37,568 nucleotides of DNA from an uncultured Thermodesulfobacteriota bacterium (GTDB taxonomy: Bacteria; Desulfobacterota; Deferrisomatia; Deferrisomatales; JACRMM01): contig CAZJSF010000003.1 in assembly GCA_964548515.1 (NCBI GenBank), positions 1 through 37,568 on the forward strand, in the 5' to 3' direction. A program made the translations under genes and the position numbers. The notes under the pieces were generated by a model. That model had not been told where the DNA came from and ran no database searches. It saw only the letters and a list, made by a program, of their open reading frames with translations. Every line of letters starts with the position of its first letter. Position 1 is the stretch's first letter. Shown here one piece after another: positions 9,112-18,402 of this stretch.

Positions 9112-9965
9112 GCCTGGCGCAGATCCTCGCCCGACTGGAGTCGCTGCCCCCGTTCCCCGAGGTCGCCGTCCGGCTCCTGCAGACCTGCCGGGACCCGGAC
9201 GTGGAGCTCGCCGCCGTCGCGGCCCTCCTGGAGCGCGACCCGGCCATGGCGGCGAACGTCCTGCGGGTCTGCAACGCCCCCTATTTCGGCCTCCGGGGCC
9301 GCGTCTCGTCGGTGCGCCACGCGACGAGCCTCCTCGGCATCCGCAACGTGCTCCAGATCACGATGACCGTCCTCTCCTCCGGGCACCTCGCCTCGCCCCA
9401 GGTCGGCTACGGCCTCGGACCCGGCGACCTGTGGCGAACCTCCGTCGCGTCGGCGCTCGCCGCCGAACTCGTGGCCCAGGAGACCTCCTATCCCCAGGTC
9501 GAGACCGCCTACACGGCAGGCCTGCTCCAGGACGTGGGCAAGATCGTCCTGGCCGGGTTCGTGGAGAACGCGGCCGACGCGATCCAGGCTCTGCTGGCAG
9601 AGGGGATGGCGTGGCAGGAGGCCGAAGCGAGGGCCCTCGGGATGACCCACCCCGAGGCGGGCGCGCGTCTGCTCTCGCGCTGGGGGTTTCCGGCCGCGAT
9701 CGTGGATGCGGTGCGGACCCACCACCGGCCATCCGAGGCGACCGTCGACCCGACCCTGGCCGCCATCTCCCACCTCGCCGACGCCCTGAAGATGACCCTC
9801 GGCGTGGGGTTGGGTGCCGACGGGCTGGCGTACGAACTGGACGAGGGCGCCCTGGGGGCGCTGGGACTGGCCGAACCCTCGAGGCTCGAGGGGCTCGTCG
9901 CCGAACTGGGGCGGCGGGTATCCGGCGCCCAGGAATGGTTCGGGGCCGCGGGAGCGGACCGATGA
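9108..9965 (+). CDS. HDOD domain-containing signalling protein
   Basis: 285 aa. LPPFPEVAVRLL...DP......A.LLERDPAMAANVLRVCNAPYFGL...V.SV.HA..LLG, then DVGKIVL and HPEAGA.LL..W.FP..I..AV..HH, the HD-related output domain pattern. ATG overlaps the cheD stop (ATGA at 9108-9111). Confidence 0.85.
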   Translation: MSLAQILARLESLPPFPEVAVRLLQTCRDPDVELAAVAALLERDPAMAANVLRVCNAPYFGLRGRVSSVRHATSLLGIRNVLQITMTVLSSGHLASPQVGYGLGPGDLWRTSVASALAAELVAQETSYPQVETAYTAGLLQDVGKIVLAGFVENAADAIQALLAEGMAWQEAEARALGMTHPEAGARLLSRWGFPAAIVDAVRTHHRPSEATVDPTLAAISHLADALKMTLGVGLGADGLAYELDEGALGALGLAEPSRLEGLVAELGRRVSGAQEWFGAAGADR

Positions 9966-10393
9966 GGGTCTGGAGTTCCCGGTTCTCGCTCGAGACGACC
10001 GGGCGGGGACACGTGGTGGACCTCACCCCGCGGCTCGAGCAGTGGATCGCGGCCCAGGGCATCGGCGAGGCGCAGGGGGTGCTGTTCGTCCCCGGGTCCA
10101 CCGCCGGGGTCACGACGATCGAGTACGAGCCGGGCGTGGTGCGCGACCTGCAGGAGGCCCTGGAAAGACTGGCGCCGTCCGACGCCCCGTACCATCATGA
10201 CGCGGCCTGGGGCGACGGCAACGGCCACGCCCACGTCCGCGCAGCCCTGGTCGGCCCCTCCCTCGCGTTTCTGGTGCGGGACGGGCGGCTGCTCCGCGGA
10301 ACGTGGCAGCAGGTGGTTCTCTGCGACTTCGACAACCGCAGCCGGAAGCGCACGGTGGAGGTGCAGGCGATGGGAACGCCGGGGGAAGGATGA
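9962..10393 (+). CDS. yjbQ: YjbQ/UPF0047 family protein (secondary thiamine-phosphate synthase-like)
   Basis: 143 aa, in the frame of track ORF 8855..10393. VVDLTP.......QGIGEAQGVLFVPGSTAGVTTIEYEPGV..DL......L.P....Y.H......GNGHAHVRAAL.G.S. ATG overlaps the HDOD stop (ATGA at 9962-9965). Confidence 0.9.
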   Translation: MRVWSSRFSLETTGRGHVVDLTPRLEQWIAAQGIGEAQGVLFVPGSTAGVTTIEYEPGVVRDLQEALERLAPSDAPYHHDAAWGDGNGHAHVRAALVGPSLAFLVRDGRLLRGTWQQVVLCDFDNRSRKRTVEVQAMGTPGEG

Positions 10394-11373
10394 GCGGCTC
10401 GGACGCCGTGGAACGACTCGAGTTCCAGAACCCCGGCCACCTGGCAGTGCTGGTCGGGGAGCGGGAGGTGCATCTGCGGGAACTGGCCGCCCTGCTCCAC
10501 GACGTGAGCCTGGCCAGCCGGGGGAACGCCATCCAGCTGCGCGGCGACCCCGTCGCGGTGGAACTGGCACGGGAGGTCCTGACCCAACTGTACGCCCTCG
10601 TCGAGGAGGGGTACCCCCTCTACCGGGCGGACGTGGACCACGCGGTGCGCATCCTGCGCGCCAACCGAAGGGCGCGGCTCAAGGAGATCTTCCTCGATGC
10701 CGTGTTCATCGCCTCCGACCGCCGGGTGATCAGCCCCAAGAGCGTGGCGCAGAAGGCCTACATCGAGGCGATGCGGAACTTCGACGTCGTCTTCGGCATC
10801 GGGCCGGCCGGCACGGGAAAGACGTATCTCGCGATGGCGATGGCGGTGGCCGCCCTCACGAAGCGGCAGGTGAACCGGATCATCCTCACGCGCCCCGCTG
10901 TGGAGGCAGGGGAAAAGCTGGGATTCCTCCCCGGGACGCTCTACGAGAAGGTCAACCCGTACCTGCGCCCCCTCTACGACGCGCTCCACCACATGATGGA
11001 CTTCGAGAAGGCCGCCAAACTGCTGGAGAAGGGCATCATCGAAGTCGCTCCCCTCGCCTTCATGCGCGGCCGGACCCTCGACGACTCCTTCGTGATCCTC
11101 GACGAGGCCCAGAACACGACGTCCGACCAGATGAAGATGTTCCTGACACGCCTGGGCTTCGACAGCAAGGCGGTGGTGACCGGAGACATCACCCAGACCG
11201 ACCTGCCCCCGGGCAAGGTCTCCGGCCTCGTGGAGGTGCAGGACGTGCTGCGGAGCGTGCCCGGCATCCGGTTCTGCTATTTCTCCCGGGACGACGTCGT
11301 GCGCCACCCCCTGGTGCAGGAGATCATCGAGGCCTACGAGTCCCAGGCGCTGCGCGTGCGGGAGGAGCCGTAG
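10390..11373 (+). CDS. phoH: PhoH-like ATPase
   Basis: 327 aa. Walker A GPAGTGKTYLAMAMA, RIILTRPAVEAGEKLGFLPG, Walker B FVILDEAQN. ATG overlaps the yjbQ stop (ATGA at 10390-10393). Confidence 0.93.
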   Translation: MSGSDAVERLEFQNPGHLAVLVGEREVHLRELAALLHDVSLASRGNAIQLRGDPVAVELAREVLTQLYALVEEGYPLYRADVDHAVRILRANRRARLKEIFLDAVFIASDRRVISPKSVAQKAYIEAMRNFDVVFGIGPAGTGKTYLAMAMAVAALTKRQVNRIILTRPAVEAGEKLGFLPGTLYEKVNPYLRPLYDALHHMMDFEKAAKLLEKGIIEVAPLAFMRGRTLDDSFVILDEAQNTTSDQMKMFLTRLGFDSKAVVTGDITQTDLPPGKVSGLVEVQDVLRSVPGIRFCYFSRDDVVRHPLVQEIIEAYESQALRVREEP

Positions 11374-11375
11374 CC

Positions 11376-13385
11376 GTGCGGCCGGGTCGGACCGTCGCGG
11401 CACTGGCCGGGTGCGCCGCCCTGGGATTCGTGACCGGAGGTGCCTTCGTGCTGGCCCGGGGCCTCCCACAGGTCTCGGCGCTCGAGGACTTCACGCCGCC
11501 CTCCTCGACCCGCGTCTATTCGTCCGACGGGACCCTGCTGGCGGAGTTCGCGACCCAGCGCCGCACTCCCGTGGCCCTCGACGCGGTGCCGCACGACCTC
11601 GTCCGATCCGTCCTCGCGATCGAGGATCATCGCTTCTTCGAGCACATGGGCATCAACGTCGGCCGCATCCTGAAGGCGGTCGCCGTGGACCTGGCCGAGG
11701 GCCGCCTCGCCGAGGGCGCCTCGACCATCACGCAACAGCTCGCGAAGATCCTCTTCCTCACCCCCGAGAAGACCCTGACCCGGAAGCTCCGGGAGGCCCT
11801 GCTCGCCCTCGAGATCGAACGACGGCACACCAAGGAGGAGATCCTCGCCTTCTACCTGAACCAGATCTACCTCGGGAACGGCGCGTACGGGGTGGCGGCG
11901 GCGGCGCAGGTGTACTTCGGCAAGCCCCTCGCCGAACTGGACCTCGCCGAGTGCGCGTTGATCGCGGCCCTGCCGAAGGCGCCCTCCCTGTACGATCCCC
12001 TCCGGAACCCTACGCGCGCGCAGGCCCGGCGCGACCTCGTGATCCGCCGGCTCCTCCAGCTGGGGTGGGTCTCCGCCGAGCAGGCCTCGGCGGCTCTCGC
12101 GCGGGACGTCCCGGCGGCCCGCCCGGACGTCCCGCGGGTCTCGGCGCCCTACTTCGTGGAGGCCGTGCGCCGCCGCCTCCTGGAGCACCTGGAGATCGAC
12201 CTCGTCTACCAGGGCGGTCTGCGGGTCTACACGACCCTCGACTCCGGGCTGCAGAAGGCCGCGGAGTCCGCCCTGGAGAAGGCCTTGTCCGCCGTGGACA
12301 AGAGACACCCGCGGCGCCAGCCGAAGGCCCAGGGGGCGGTCCTGGCCCTGGACCCCGCGACCGGCTCGGTGCGGGCCCTGGTCGGGGGGAGGAACTGGTC
12401 CGAGAGCTCCTTCGACCGGGCGTTCCAGGCACGGCGTCAGCCGGGAAGCGCCTTCAAGCCCTTCGTGTACCTGGCGGCCCTGGAAACCGGCCTCACCCAG
12501 GCCCGCACCCTGCTGGACGCCCCGGCGAGCTACCGCGGGGCCTCCCCCTCGCGTCCGTGGACGCCGAGCAACTACGACGGGGAGTTCCTGGGGGAGATGT
12601 CCCTGCGCAAGGCCCTCGCCCTCAGCCGCAACCTGCCGGCCGTACGCCTCATGGAGGAACTGGGCAAGGCCCGGGTGGAGCAGGCGGCGACGGAACTCGG
12701 ACTGGCCGGCCCCTTCGGGGAAGGGCTGGCCGCGGCGCTCGGCGTCGGCGGGAGCAGCCTGGTGGAACTGGTCCGCGCCTACGCCGTCTTCCCGGCGGGG
12801 GGCCTCCTCCCCGAGCCCCACCTGATCCGGGCCGTGTACGGCCCCGACGGGCGCAACCTGTGGGAGCGCAACAGCGCGGCGCGAAGGGTCCTGGACCCGG
12901 TCACGGCCTACGTGGCGGCCGACATGCTCCGGGCGGTCGTGGAGTCGGGCACCGGGAAGGCGGCACGGGCCCTGCCCTTCCCCGTGGCCGGGAAGACCGG
13001 GACCACGGACGACCAGCGGGACGCCTGGTTCGTCGGGTTCTCGAGCCGACTCGCCCTCGGCGTCTGGGTGGGGAGAGACGACAACTCCCCCCTGGGCTAC
13101 GCCGAGACCGGCGCCCAGGCCGCCCTGCCCGCCTGGATCGACACGATGCTGGCTTCGGCCGCGGAAGGCCCTCCGCCTCCCTGGACGCCCCCCCCCGGCG
13201 TCGTCGTGGCCGAGATCGACGTCGCCTCGGGGCTCCGGGCCGGCCCGGCGTGCAAGGAAACCGCCTTCGCCGCCTTCGCCCGGGGAACGGAGCCTCGCTC
13301 CCCATGCGACCGGGAGGCGTTCCAGTGGGACCGGATCGCAGGGGACCTGGGCCTGGGGCGCGGCACGCGGAGGAAAGTGCCTTGA
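11376..13385 (+). CDS. mrcA: Class A penicillin-binding protein (bifunctional transglycosylase/transpeptidase, PBP1A type)
   Basis: GTG at 11376, 2 nt after the phoH stop. TM anchor. GT51 motifs EDHRFFEHMG, GASTITQQ, RKLRE. Transpeptidase motifs SAFKP, SRN, KTGT. 669 aa. Confidence 0.93.
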   Translation: MRPGRTVAALAGCAALGFVTGGAFVLARGLPQVSALEDFTPPSSTRVYSSDGTLLAEFATQRRTPVALDAVPHDLVRSVLAIEDHRFFEHMGINVGRILKAVAVDLAEGRLAEGASTITQQLAKILFLTPEKTLTRKLREALLALEIERRHTKEEILAFYLNQIYLGNGAYGVAAAAQVYFGKPLAELDLAECALIAALPKAPSLYDPLRNPTRAQARRDLVIRRLLQLGWVSAEQASAALARDVPAARPDVPRVSAPYFVEAVRRRLLEHLEIDLVYQGGLRVYTTLDSGLQKAAESALEKALSAVDKRHPRRQPKAQGAVLALDPATGSVRALVGGRNWSESSFDRAFQARRQPGSAFKPFVYLAALETGLTQARTLLDAPASYRGASPSRPWTPSNYDGEFLGEMSLRKALALSRNLPAVRLMEELGKARVEQAATELGLAGPFGEGLAAALGVGGSSLVELVRAYAVFPAGGLLPEPHLIRAVYGPDGRNLWERNSAARRVLDPVTAYVAADMLRAVVESGTGKAARALPFPVAGKTGTTDDQRDAWFVGFSSRLALGVWVGRDDNSPLGYAETGAQAALPAWIDTMLASAAEGPPPPWTPPPGVVVAEIDVASGLRAGPACKETAFAAFARGTEPRSPCDREAFQWDRIAGDLGLGRGTRRKVP

Positions 13386-14791
13386 TCCGGGAGCTGGCGG
13401 CAGACGTCACGCCCGAGGCCGCGTTCCTCTCCCTGGCGGGCAGGGCCTACCCCTTCTTCCTGGACAGCGGCGAGGGCTTTCCCCGGCTGGGAACCCGGTC
13501 GTACGTGGGCGCGGACCCGTTTCTCGTCGTCCACGCCAAGGGGGCCGAGGCCCGCCTATGCTGGCCCCGGACCGGCCGCACCGAGTCCCGGCGCGGCAAC
13601 CCCTTCCACCTGCTCCGCGACCTCCTCCGGGAACACCGGCGACCGCCCGTCGGCGCGGCGATGACCGGCGGCGGAGCCGTGGGCTACCTGGGCTACGACC
13701 TGTTCCCGTTCGTGGAGGCGATCCCACGGTCGGCGCGAGACGACCTCTGCATGCCGGACCTGTTCCTGGGCTTCTACGACACCGTCGGGATCTTCGACCA
13801 CGCGGGCGGGAGGGCCACCCTGTGCTCGAGCGACTGGGGCGGACCCGAGGGCCCGCGCCGGGAGGCGCGGGAGGCGTGGGACGGCCTGTCGGCCGCTCCC
13901 GGCGGGCCCGGACGGGAGGACCACGCCGGGTTCGCGGCCGGTCCCGTGGAGTCCAACTTCACCCGGGGGCAGTACCAGGAGGCGGTCCTCCGCGTGAAGG
14001 AGCACATCGCGGCGGGGGACGTCTACCAGGTGAACCTCTCCCAGCGCTTCCGCGTCCCCTTCGGCGGGTCGCCCCTCTCCTTCTACCGGCGCCTCCGCCG
14101 CACGAGCCCTGCGCCCTTCGGCGCCTGCCTGTTCCCCGACGGCTTCTCCATCCTCTCCAACTCGCCGCAGCGGTACCTCCGGATCGAAGGGGACCGCATC
14201 GAGACCCGGCCGATCAAGGGAACGCGCCCCCGGGGCGCGACGCCCGGGGAGGACCGGGAGCTCGCGGAGGAGCTGCGGACGAGCGTCAAGGACCGGGCCG
14301 AGCACGTGATGATCGTGGACCTCGAGCGCAACGACCTGGGCCGGGTGTGCCGGTACCGTTCCGTCCACGTGCCGGAGCTCGAGGTCGTGGAGTCCTACGC
14401 GAACGTCCACCACCTCGTCTCCACCGTGGCGGGCCTCGTGCACCCCTCCAAGGAAGCCGTGGACTGCCTGCGGAACTCCTTTCCGGGTGGGTCGATCACC
14501 GGGGCACCCAAGGTGCGGGCGATGGAGATCATCGAGGCGCTGGAGCCCACGGCACGGGGCGTGTACTGCGGCTCCATCGGCTACATCGACTTCGCGGGCC
14601 GCGCCGACCTCAACATCGCGATCCGGACCGCCGTGCTCCGGGGCGACAGCCTGTACGTGCAGGTGGGCGGCGGGATCGTGGCCGACTCCGACCCCGCCGC
14701 GGAGTACGAGGAGACCCTGGTGAAGGCCCGGTCGTTCCTCAGGGTGCTGGGCAGGGAGGAGGACGGGTGGACCGGGCGGGCCGCTCCGTGA
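13382..14791 (+). CDS. pabB: Aminodeoxychorismate synthase component I (PabB; chorismate-binding enzyme family)
   Basis: TTG at 13382 overlaps the PBP stop (TTGA); the exact start is uncertain. Chorismate-binding motifs VYQVNLSQRF, SNSPQRYL, IKGTRPRG, DRAEHVMIVDLERND, PGGSITGAPK, GGGIVADSDP. Called pabB rather than trpE because a class IV aminotransferase-fold gene follows. Confidence 0.85.
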   Translation: MIRELAADVTPEAAFLSLAGRAYPFFLDSGEGFPRLGTRSYVGADPFLVVHAKGAEARLCWPRTGRTESRRGNPFHLLRDLLREHRRPPVGAAMTGGGAVGYLGYDLFPFVEAIPRSARDDLCMPDLFLGFYDTVGIFDHAGGRATLCSSDWGGPEGPRREAREAWDGLSAAPGGPGREDHAGFAAGPVESNFTRGQYQEAVLRVKEHIAAGDVYQVNLSQRFRVPFGGSPLSFYRRLRRTSPAPFGACLFPDGFSILSNSPQRYLRIEGDRIETRPIKGTRPRGATPGEDRELAEELRTSVKDRAEHVMIVDLERNDLGRVCRYRSVHVPELEVVESYANVHHLVSTVAGLVHPSKEAVDCLRNSFPGGSITGAPKVRAMEIIEALEPTARGVYCGSIGYIDFAGRADLNIAIRTAVLRGDSLYVQVGGGIVADSDPAAEYEETLVKARSFLRVLGREEDGWTGRAAP

Positions 14792-15630
14792 CGGGCCGGC
14801 CGCCCCCGGAAGGCACCGGCACCGTCTCGGCCGCGGACCGGGGCCTCCTCTACGGCGACGGGGTGTTCGAGACCCTGCGCGTGTACTCCCGGGTCCCCTT
14901 CCGGCTGCCGGCCCACTGGGACCGCCTTTCCGCCTCCGCCGCCTTCCTCGGGATTCCCCTCCCGGAGGTGGACCCCCGGGCCGAAGTGGAGCGGGCCCTC
15001 GAGGCCCTGGGCCTCGACGACGCAGGCGTCCGCATCACGCTCACCCGAGGCCCCCTCCCCGAGGGCCCCCGGCCGACACCGGCGGGAGGCCCTCCGACCC
15101 TCCTGTTCCAGGCTCGCCCCCTCAGGCCCGGCCTGGACGAACTCGCGCGGACCGGCGTGGCGGCGAGGCGGGCCCCCTGGCCCCTGCGGGCTCGGGGCAT
15201 GCCCCTCCACGGGCACAAGACCCTGAACTACCTCGCGAGCGTGGTGGCCCTGGGGGCGGTCGGCCCCGGGGAGGAGGCCGTGCTGCTCAACACCGAGGGG
15301 CACCTGGCGGAGGGGGCGACCTCCAACCTGTTCTGGGTCCGCCGCGGGATCCTGTGCACCCCGTCTCCCGAGGCCGGTTGCCTGCCGGGGCTGGCCCGGG
15401 CCCTGGTCCTGGGGGAGGGCCGGCGTCTCGGCCTCGAGGTCGATGAGGGGCTTCACCCGTTCCACGAACTGGCGGGCGCCGACGAGGCGTTCCTGACCAA
15501 CTCCCTCGTCGAGGTGCTCCCCCTCGTCGCGCTGGACGGAGAACCCCTGGGGGGAGGGCGGCCCGGGCCCGTGACGCGGCGCCTGCAGCGCGCGTACCGC
15601 GAGTGCGTCCAGGCCGAGGCGGGGAGATGA
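14788..15630 (+). CDS. pabC: Aminodeoxychorismate lyase / class IV aminotransferase-fold protein (PabC-like)
   Basis: GTG overlaps the pabB stop (GTGA at 14788-14791). 280 aa. RGLLYGDGVFETLRV, HKTLNYL (Lys), EGATSNLFWV, LPGLAR, EAFLTNSL. BCAT/DAAT cannot be excluded from sequence alone. Confidence 0.75.
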   Translation: MTGRPPPEGTGTVSAADRGLLYGDGVFETLRVYSRVPFRLPAHWDRLSASAAFLGIPLPEVDPRAEVERALEALGLDDAGVRITLTRGPLPEGPRPTPAGGPPTLLFQARPLRPGLDELARTGVAARRAPWPLRARGMPLHGHKTLNYLASVVALGAVGPGEEAVLLNTEGHLAEGATSNLFWVRRGILCTPSPEAGCLPGLARALVLGEGRRLGLEVDEGLHPFHELAGADEAFLTNSLVEVLPLVALDGEPLGGGRPGPVTRRLQRAYRECVQAEAGR

Positions 15631-16739
15631 CGCCGGTCGCGGGCGCCGCGTGCCGGGACTACGCGCAGGTGCGGGAAGCCCTCGCCCGGACCCTGGCACT
15701 CCTGCCTGGACCCTTCGCGGCCCGGGGCGACCCCCTGCTCGTGAAGCCCAACCTCCTGGCGGCCCACGCCCCCCACGAGGCGGTGACCACCCACCCCGCC
15801 GTCGTGGACGCGGCCTTGGCCCTGGCCTCGGATCTCGGCGCGCGGGCGGTGGTGGCCGACTCCCCGGGGCTGGGCTCCGTGCACCGGGTCGCCCGGGTCG
15901 CGGGGGTGGCCGAGGTGTGCCGGCGCCACGGGGTCCTGCTGCTGGGCCTCGGCGACTCGGAGGCGGCCGAGGTCTCCGGCGCGACCTACCGCGGTCTGCG
16001 CCTGGCGCGGGAGGCCGTGGAGGCCCGCTGGCTCTGGAACCTCCCCAAGTGGAAGACCCACACCATGATGGGTCTCACGCTCGGCGTGAAGAACCTCTTC
16101 GGCTGCGTGCCGGGCAAGAGCAAGGTGGCCGCCCACTTCCGGGCCGGGCGGCGGCCCGAGGTGTTCGCCCGCCACCTCCTCGACATCGAGGGGGCCCTGA
16201 GCCCGTGCCTCACCGTGCTCGACGGGGTGGTGGCCATGGAGGGGGCGGGCCCCAGCCGGGGTCGGCCCCTGGAGCGGGGACTCCTCCTCGCTTCGGGAGA
16301 CGCCGCCGCGCTCGACTGGGAGGCGACCCGCCTGTCGGGGCTCGCACCGCAGGACGTCCCCACCGTGGCGGAGAGCGTGGCGAGGGGGAGGCTCGACCCC
16401 GGCGGGGTGCGCCTGCTCGGCGTCGAACCCCGGCCGCTCCGGTTCCGCCCGGCGCCCGGGAGCCCCTGCGACTGGCCCCTGCCCCGGCCCCTCAAGCGCC
16501 TGCTCCGCGGGGTGGTGTCGCCCGCGCCCCGCTTCGACGCGGCCGGCTGCAAGGGATGCGGCGCCTGTTCCGAGGCGTGCCCCGCCGGGGCCCTCCGGCC
16601 GGGAACCCCACCGGAACTCTCGCAGGAGACCTGCATTCGCTGCTACTGTTGTCAGGAACTGTGCCCCCACGGAGCCGTGGCGATTCCGCGCCGGCTGCCG
16701 GCCCGGTTCTCCTTCTCGGGGCGCGGGAGGACGGCATGA
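15627..16739 (+). CDS. DUF362 domain protein with C-terminal 2x[4Fe-4S] ferredoxin-type motifs
   Basis: ATG overlaps the pabC stop (ATGA at 15627-15630). LLVKPNLL......EAVTTHPAVVDA...L..LGA..VVADSPG, then VLDGVVAMEGAGP (DUF362 pattern). C-terminal CKGCGACSEACP and CIRCYCCQELCP. Confidence 0.85.
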   Translation: MTPVAGAACRDYAQVREALARTLALLPGPFAARGDPLLVKPNLLAAHAPHEAVTTHPAVVDAALALASDLGARAVVADSPGLGSVHRVARVAGVAEVCRRHGVLLLGLGDSEAAEVSGATYRGLRLAREAVEARWLWNLPKWKTHTMMGLTLGVKNLFGCVPGKSKVAAHFRAGRRPEVFARHLLDIEGALSPCLTVLDGVVAMEGAGPSRGRPLERGLLLASGDAAALDWEATRLSGLAPQDVPTVAESVARGRLDPGGVRLLGVEPRPLRFRPAPGSPCDWPLPRPLKRLLRGVVSPAPRFDAAGCKGCGACSEACPAGALRPGTPPELSQETCIRCYCCQELCPHGAVAIPRRLPARFSFSGRGRTA

Positions 16740-18394
16740 ACGGGATCCTCGTCGGCATCGACGTGGGCGGAACCCACACCGACGGCGTCGCCGTGGAGGG
16801 CGGCCGCGTAGTGCACAAGGTCAAGGTCCGCACCCGGGAGGACCTCACGGCCTGCACCCTGGAAGCCCTGCGGGAACTTCTCGAGGGGGTGAGCACGGCG
16901 TCGATTCGGCGGGTCGTCCTCTCCACCACCCTCGTCACCAACGCCGTGGCCGAAGGGCGGCTCGAACCGGCGGGCATGGTGCTGACGGCCGGCCCGGGCA
17001 TGAACCCGGCCCACCTGGGGGAGACCCCCGAAGTCAAGGTGGTCCGGGGTGCCGTGGACCACCGGGGCCGGGAGATCGTTCCCCTGGACGAGGGGCAGGT
17101 GGAGAGCCACCTCGCTGCGCTCGCGGACCGGGGCGTGCGGGTGCTCGCCGTCGTGGGGAAGTTCTCGGTGCGCAACCCCACCCACGAGCTGCGCGTCGCC
17201 GAACTGGCCGGGGACCGCTTCGACTACGTGGCCCTCGGGCACGGCCTCTCCGGCTCTCTCAACTTCCCCCGCCGCGCCGCCACGGCGTACCTCGCGGCGG
17301 CCGTGTGGCGGCGGCACGCGGAGTTCGTGAAGTCGATGGTGGCCGCCGTTCGGGACTTCGGCATCCGGGCCCCCCTCTACCTGCTCCGGGCCGACGGCGG
17401 CACGCAGACCGCCGACTCCTTCCGGAACCCGGCGGAGGGCTCCCTGTCCGGGCCCGCCGCGAGCGTCATGGGAATCCAGGGACTGGACGAGGTGGACGGC
17501 GACACCCTCGCCGTGGACGTGGGGGGCACGACCACGGACCTGTCCCTGTTCACCCGGGGGGTGCCCCTGCTGGAGCCGCGAGGGGCCACCGTCGGACCCT
17601 ACCGGACCCAGATCCGATCCCTCTACACCCGCTCCCTGGGCGCCGGCGGCGACAGCCTCGTCCACCTCGGCCAGGGTGAGATCCGCGTGGGCCCCCAGCG
17701 CATGGGTGCGCCGGCCTCCCTGGGAGGGGAACACCCCACGCCCACCGACGCCCTCGTGGTCCTCGGGCGGGCGGTGGGAGACCGCGCCCGGGCCCGGGAG
17801 TCCCTGACCCCGGTGTCGTCCGCGATCGGGGTCGGGGTGGAGGAGTGCGCCCGACGCGTCCTCCGGGCCCTGGCCGTCTCCATCGCCGAGGCGGCCCGCA
17901 CCCTGCTCGCCGAGGTGAACGGAAAGCCCGTCTACACCATCCACGAACTCCTCGAGGGACACCGTGTCGAGCCCCGCCGCGCCGTGGCCGTGGGCGGTCC
18001 GGCCCGGGCCCTTGCCCCCTACGTCGAGGAGGCGCTGGACCTCCCCGTGCACGTGCCCGGCCACTTCGACGTCGCGAACGCGGTGGGTGCCGCCGTCGCC
18101 CGGGTCAACCTCGAGTTGAACCTGCTGGCCGACACCGCGCTGGGCCGCCTCTCGATCCCCGAGGCCGGGGTCTACCGCCCCGTGGAGCGGGACTACGGGG
18201 TGGAGGAGGCCCGGGCCGAGGCCTTCGAGACCCTCCTGGACCTCGCCCGGGAGAAGGGCATGCTCGACGAGGAGGCCGTTCCGGAGGCGGCCGAGGAGGA
18301 GAGCTTCCGCATCGTGGACGGCTTCTCCACGGTGGGCAGCATCCACCGCCTCCGGGTCCAGATCCGTCCCGGCATCCTCGGCCGGGTGGAGTGA
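16736..18394 (+). CDS. Hydantoinase/oxoprolinase A-like ATPase (ASKHA fold), with no partner B subunit
   Basis: ATG overlaps the DUF362 stop (ATGA at 16736-16739). 552 aa. GIDVGGTHTDGV at the N-terminus and a second phosphate motif LAVDVGGTTTDLS. Shorter than classical HyuA. Confidence 0.85.
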   Translation: MNGILVGIDVGGTHTDGVAVEGGRVVHKVKVRTREDLTACTLEALRELLEGVSTASIRRVVLSTTLVTNAVAEGRLEPAGMVLTAGPGMNPAHLGETPEVKVVRGAVDHRGREIVPLDEGQVESHLAALADRGVRVLAVVGKFSVRNPTHELRVAELAGDRFDYVALGHGLSGSLNFPRRAATAYLAAAVWRRHAEFVKSMVAAVRDFGIRAPLYLLRADGGTQTADSFRNPAEGSLSGPAASVMGIQGLDEVDGDTLAVDVGGTTTDLSLFTRGVPLLEPRGATVGPYRTQIRSLYTRSLGAGGDSLVHLGQGEIRVGPQRMGAPASLGGEHPTPTDALVVLGRAVGDRARARESLTPVSSAIGVGVEECARRVLRALAVSIAEAARTLLAEVNGKPVYTIHELLEGHRVEPRRAVAVGGPARALAPYVEEALDLPVHVPGHFDVANAVGAAVARVNLELNLLADTALGRLSIPEAGVYRPVERDYGVEEARAEAFETLLDLAREKGMLDEEAVPEAAEEESFRIVDGFSTVGSIHRLRVQIRPGILGRVE

Positions 18395-18402
18395 GCGGCG
18401 CC

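Noticed and set aside
10197-11375. Long N-terminal extensions of the PBP1A and pabB ORFs (track ORFs 10197..13385 and 11411..14791)
   Set aside because: The upstream portions read out of frame across phoH and PBP1A respectively and are Arg/Pro/Gly-rich. Homology starts at GTG 11376 and at about TTG 13382.
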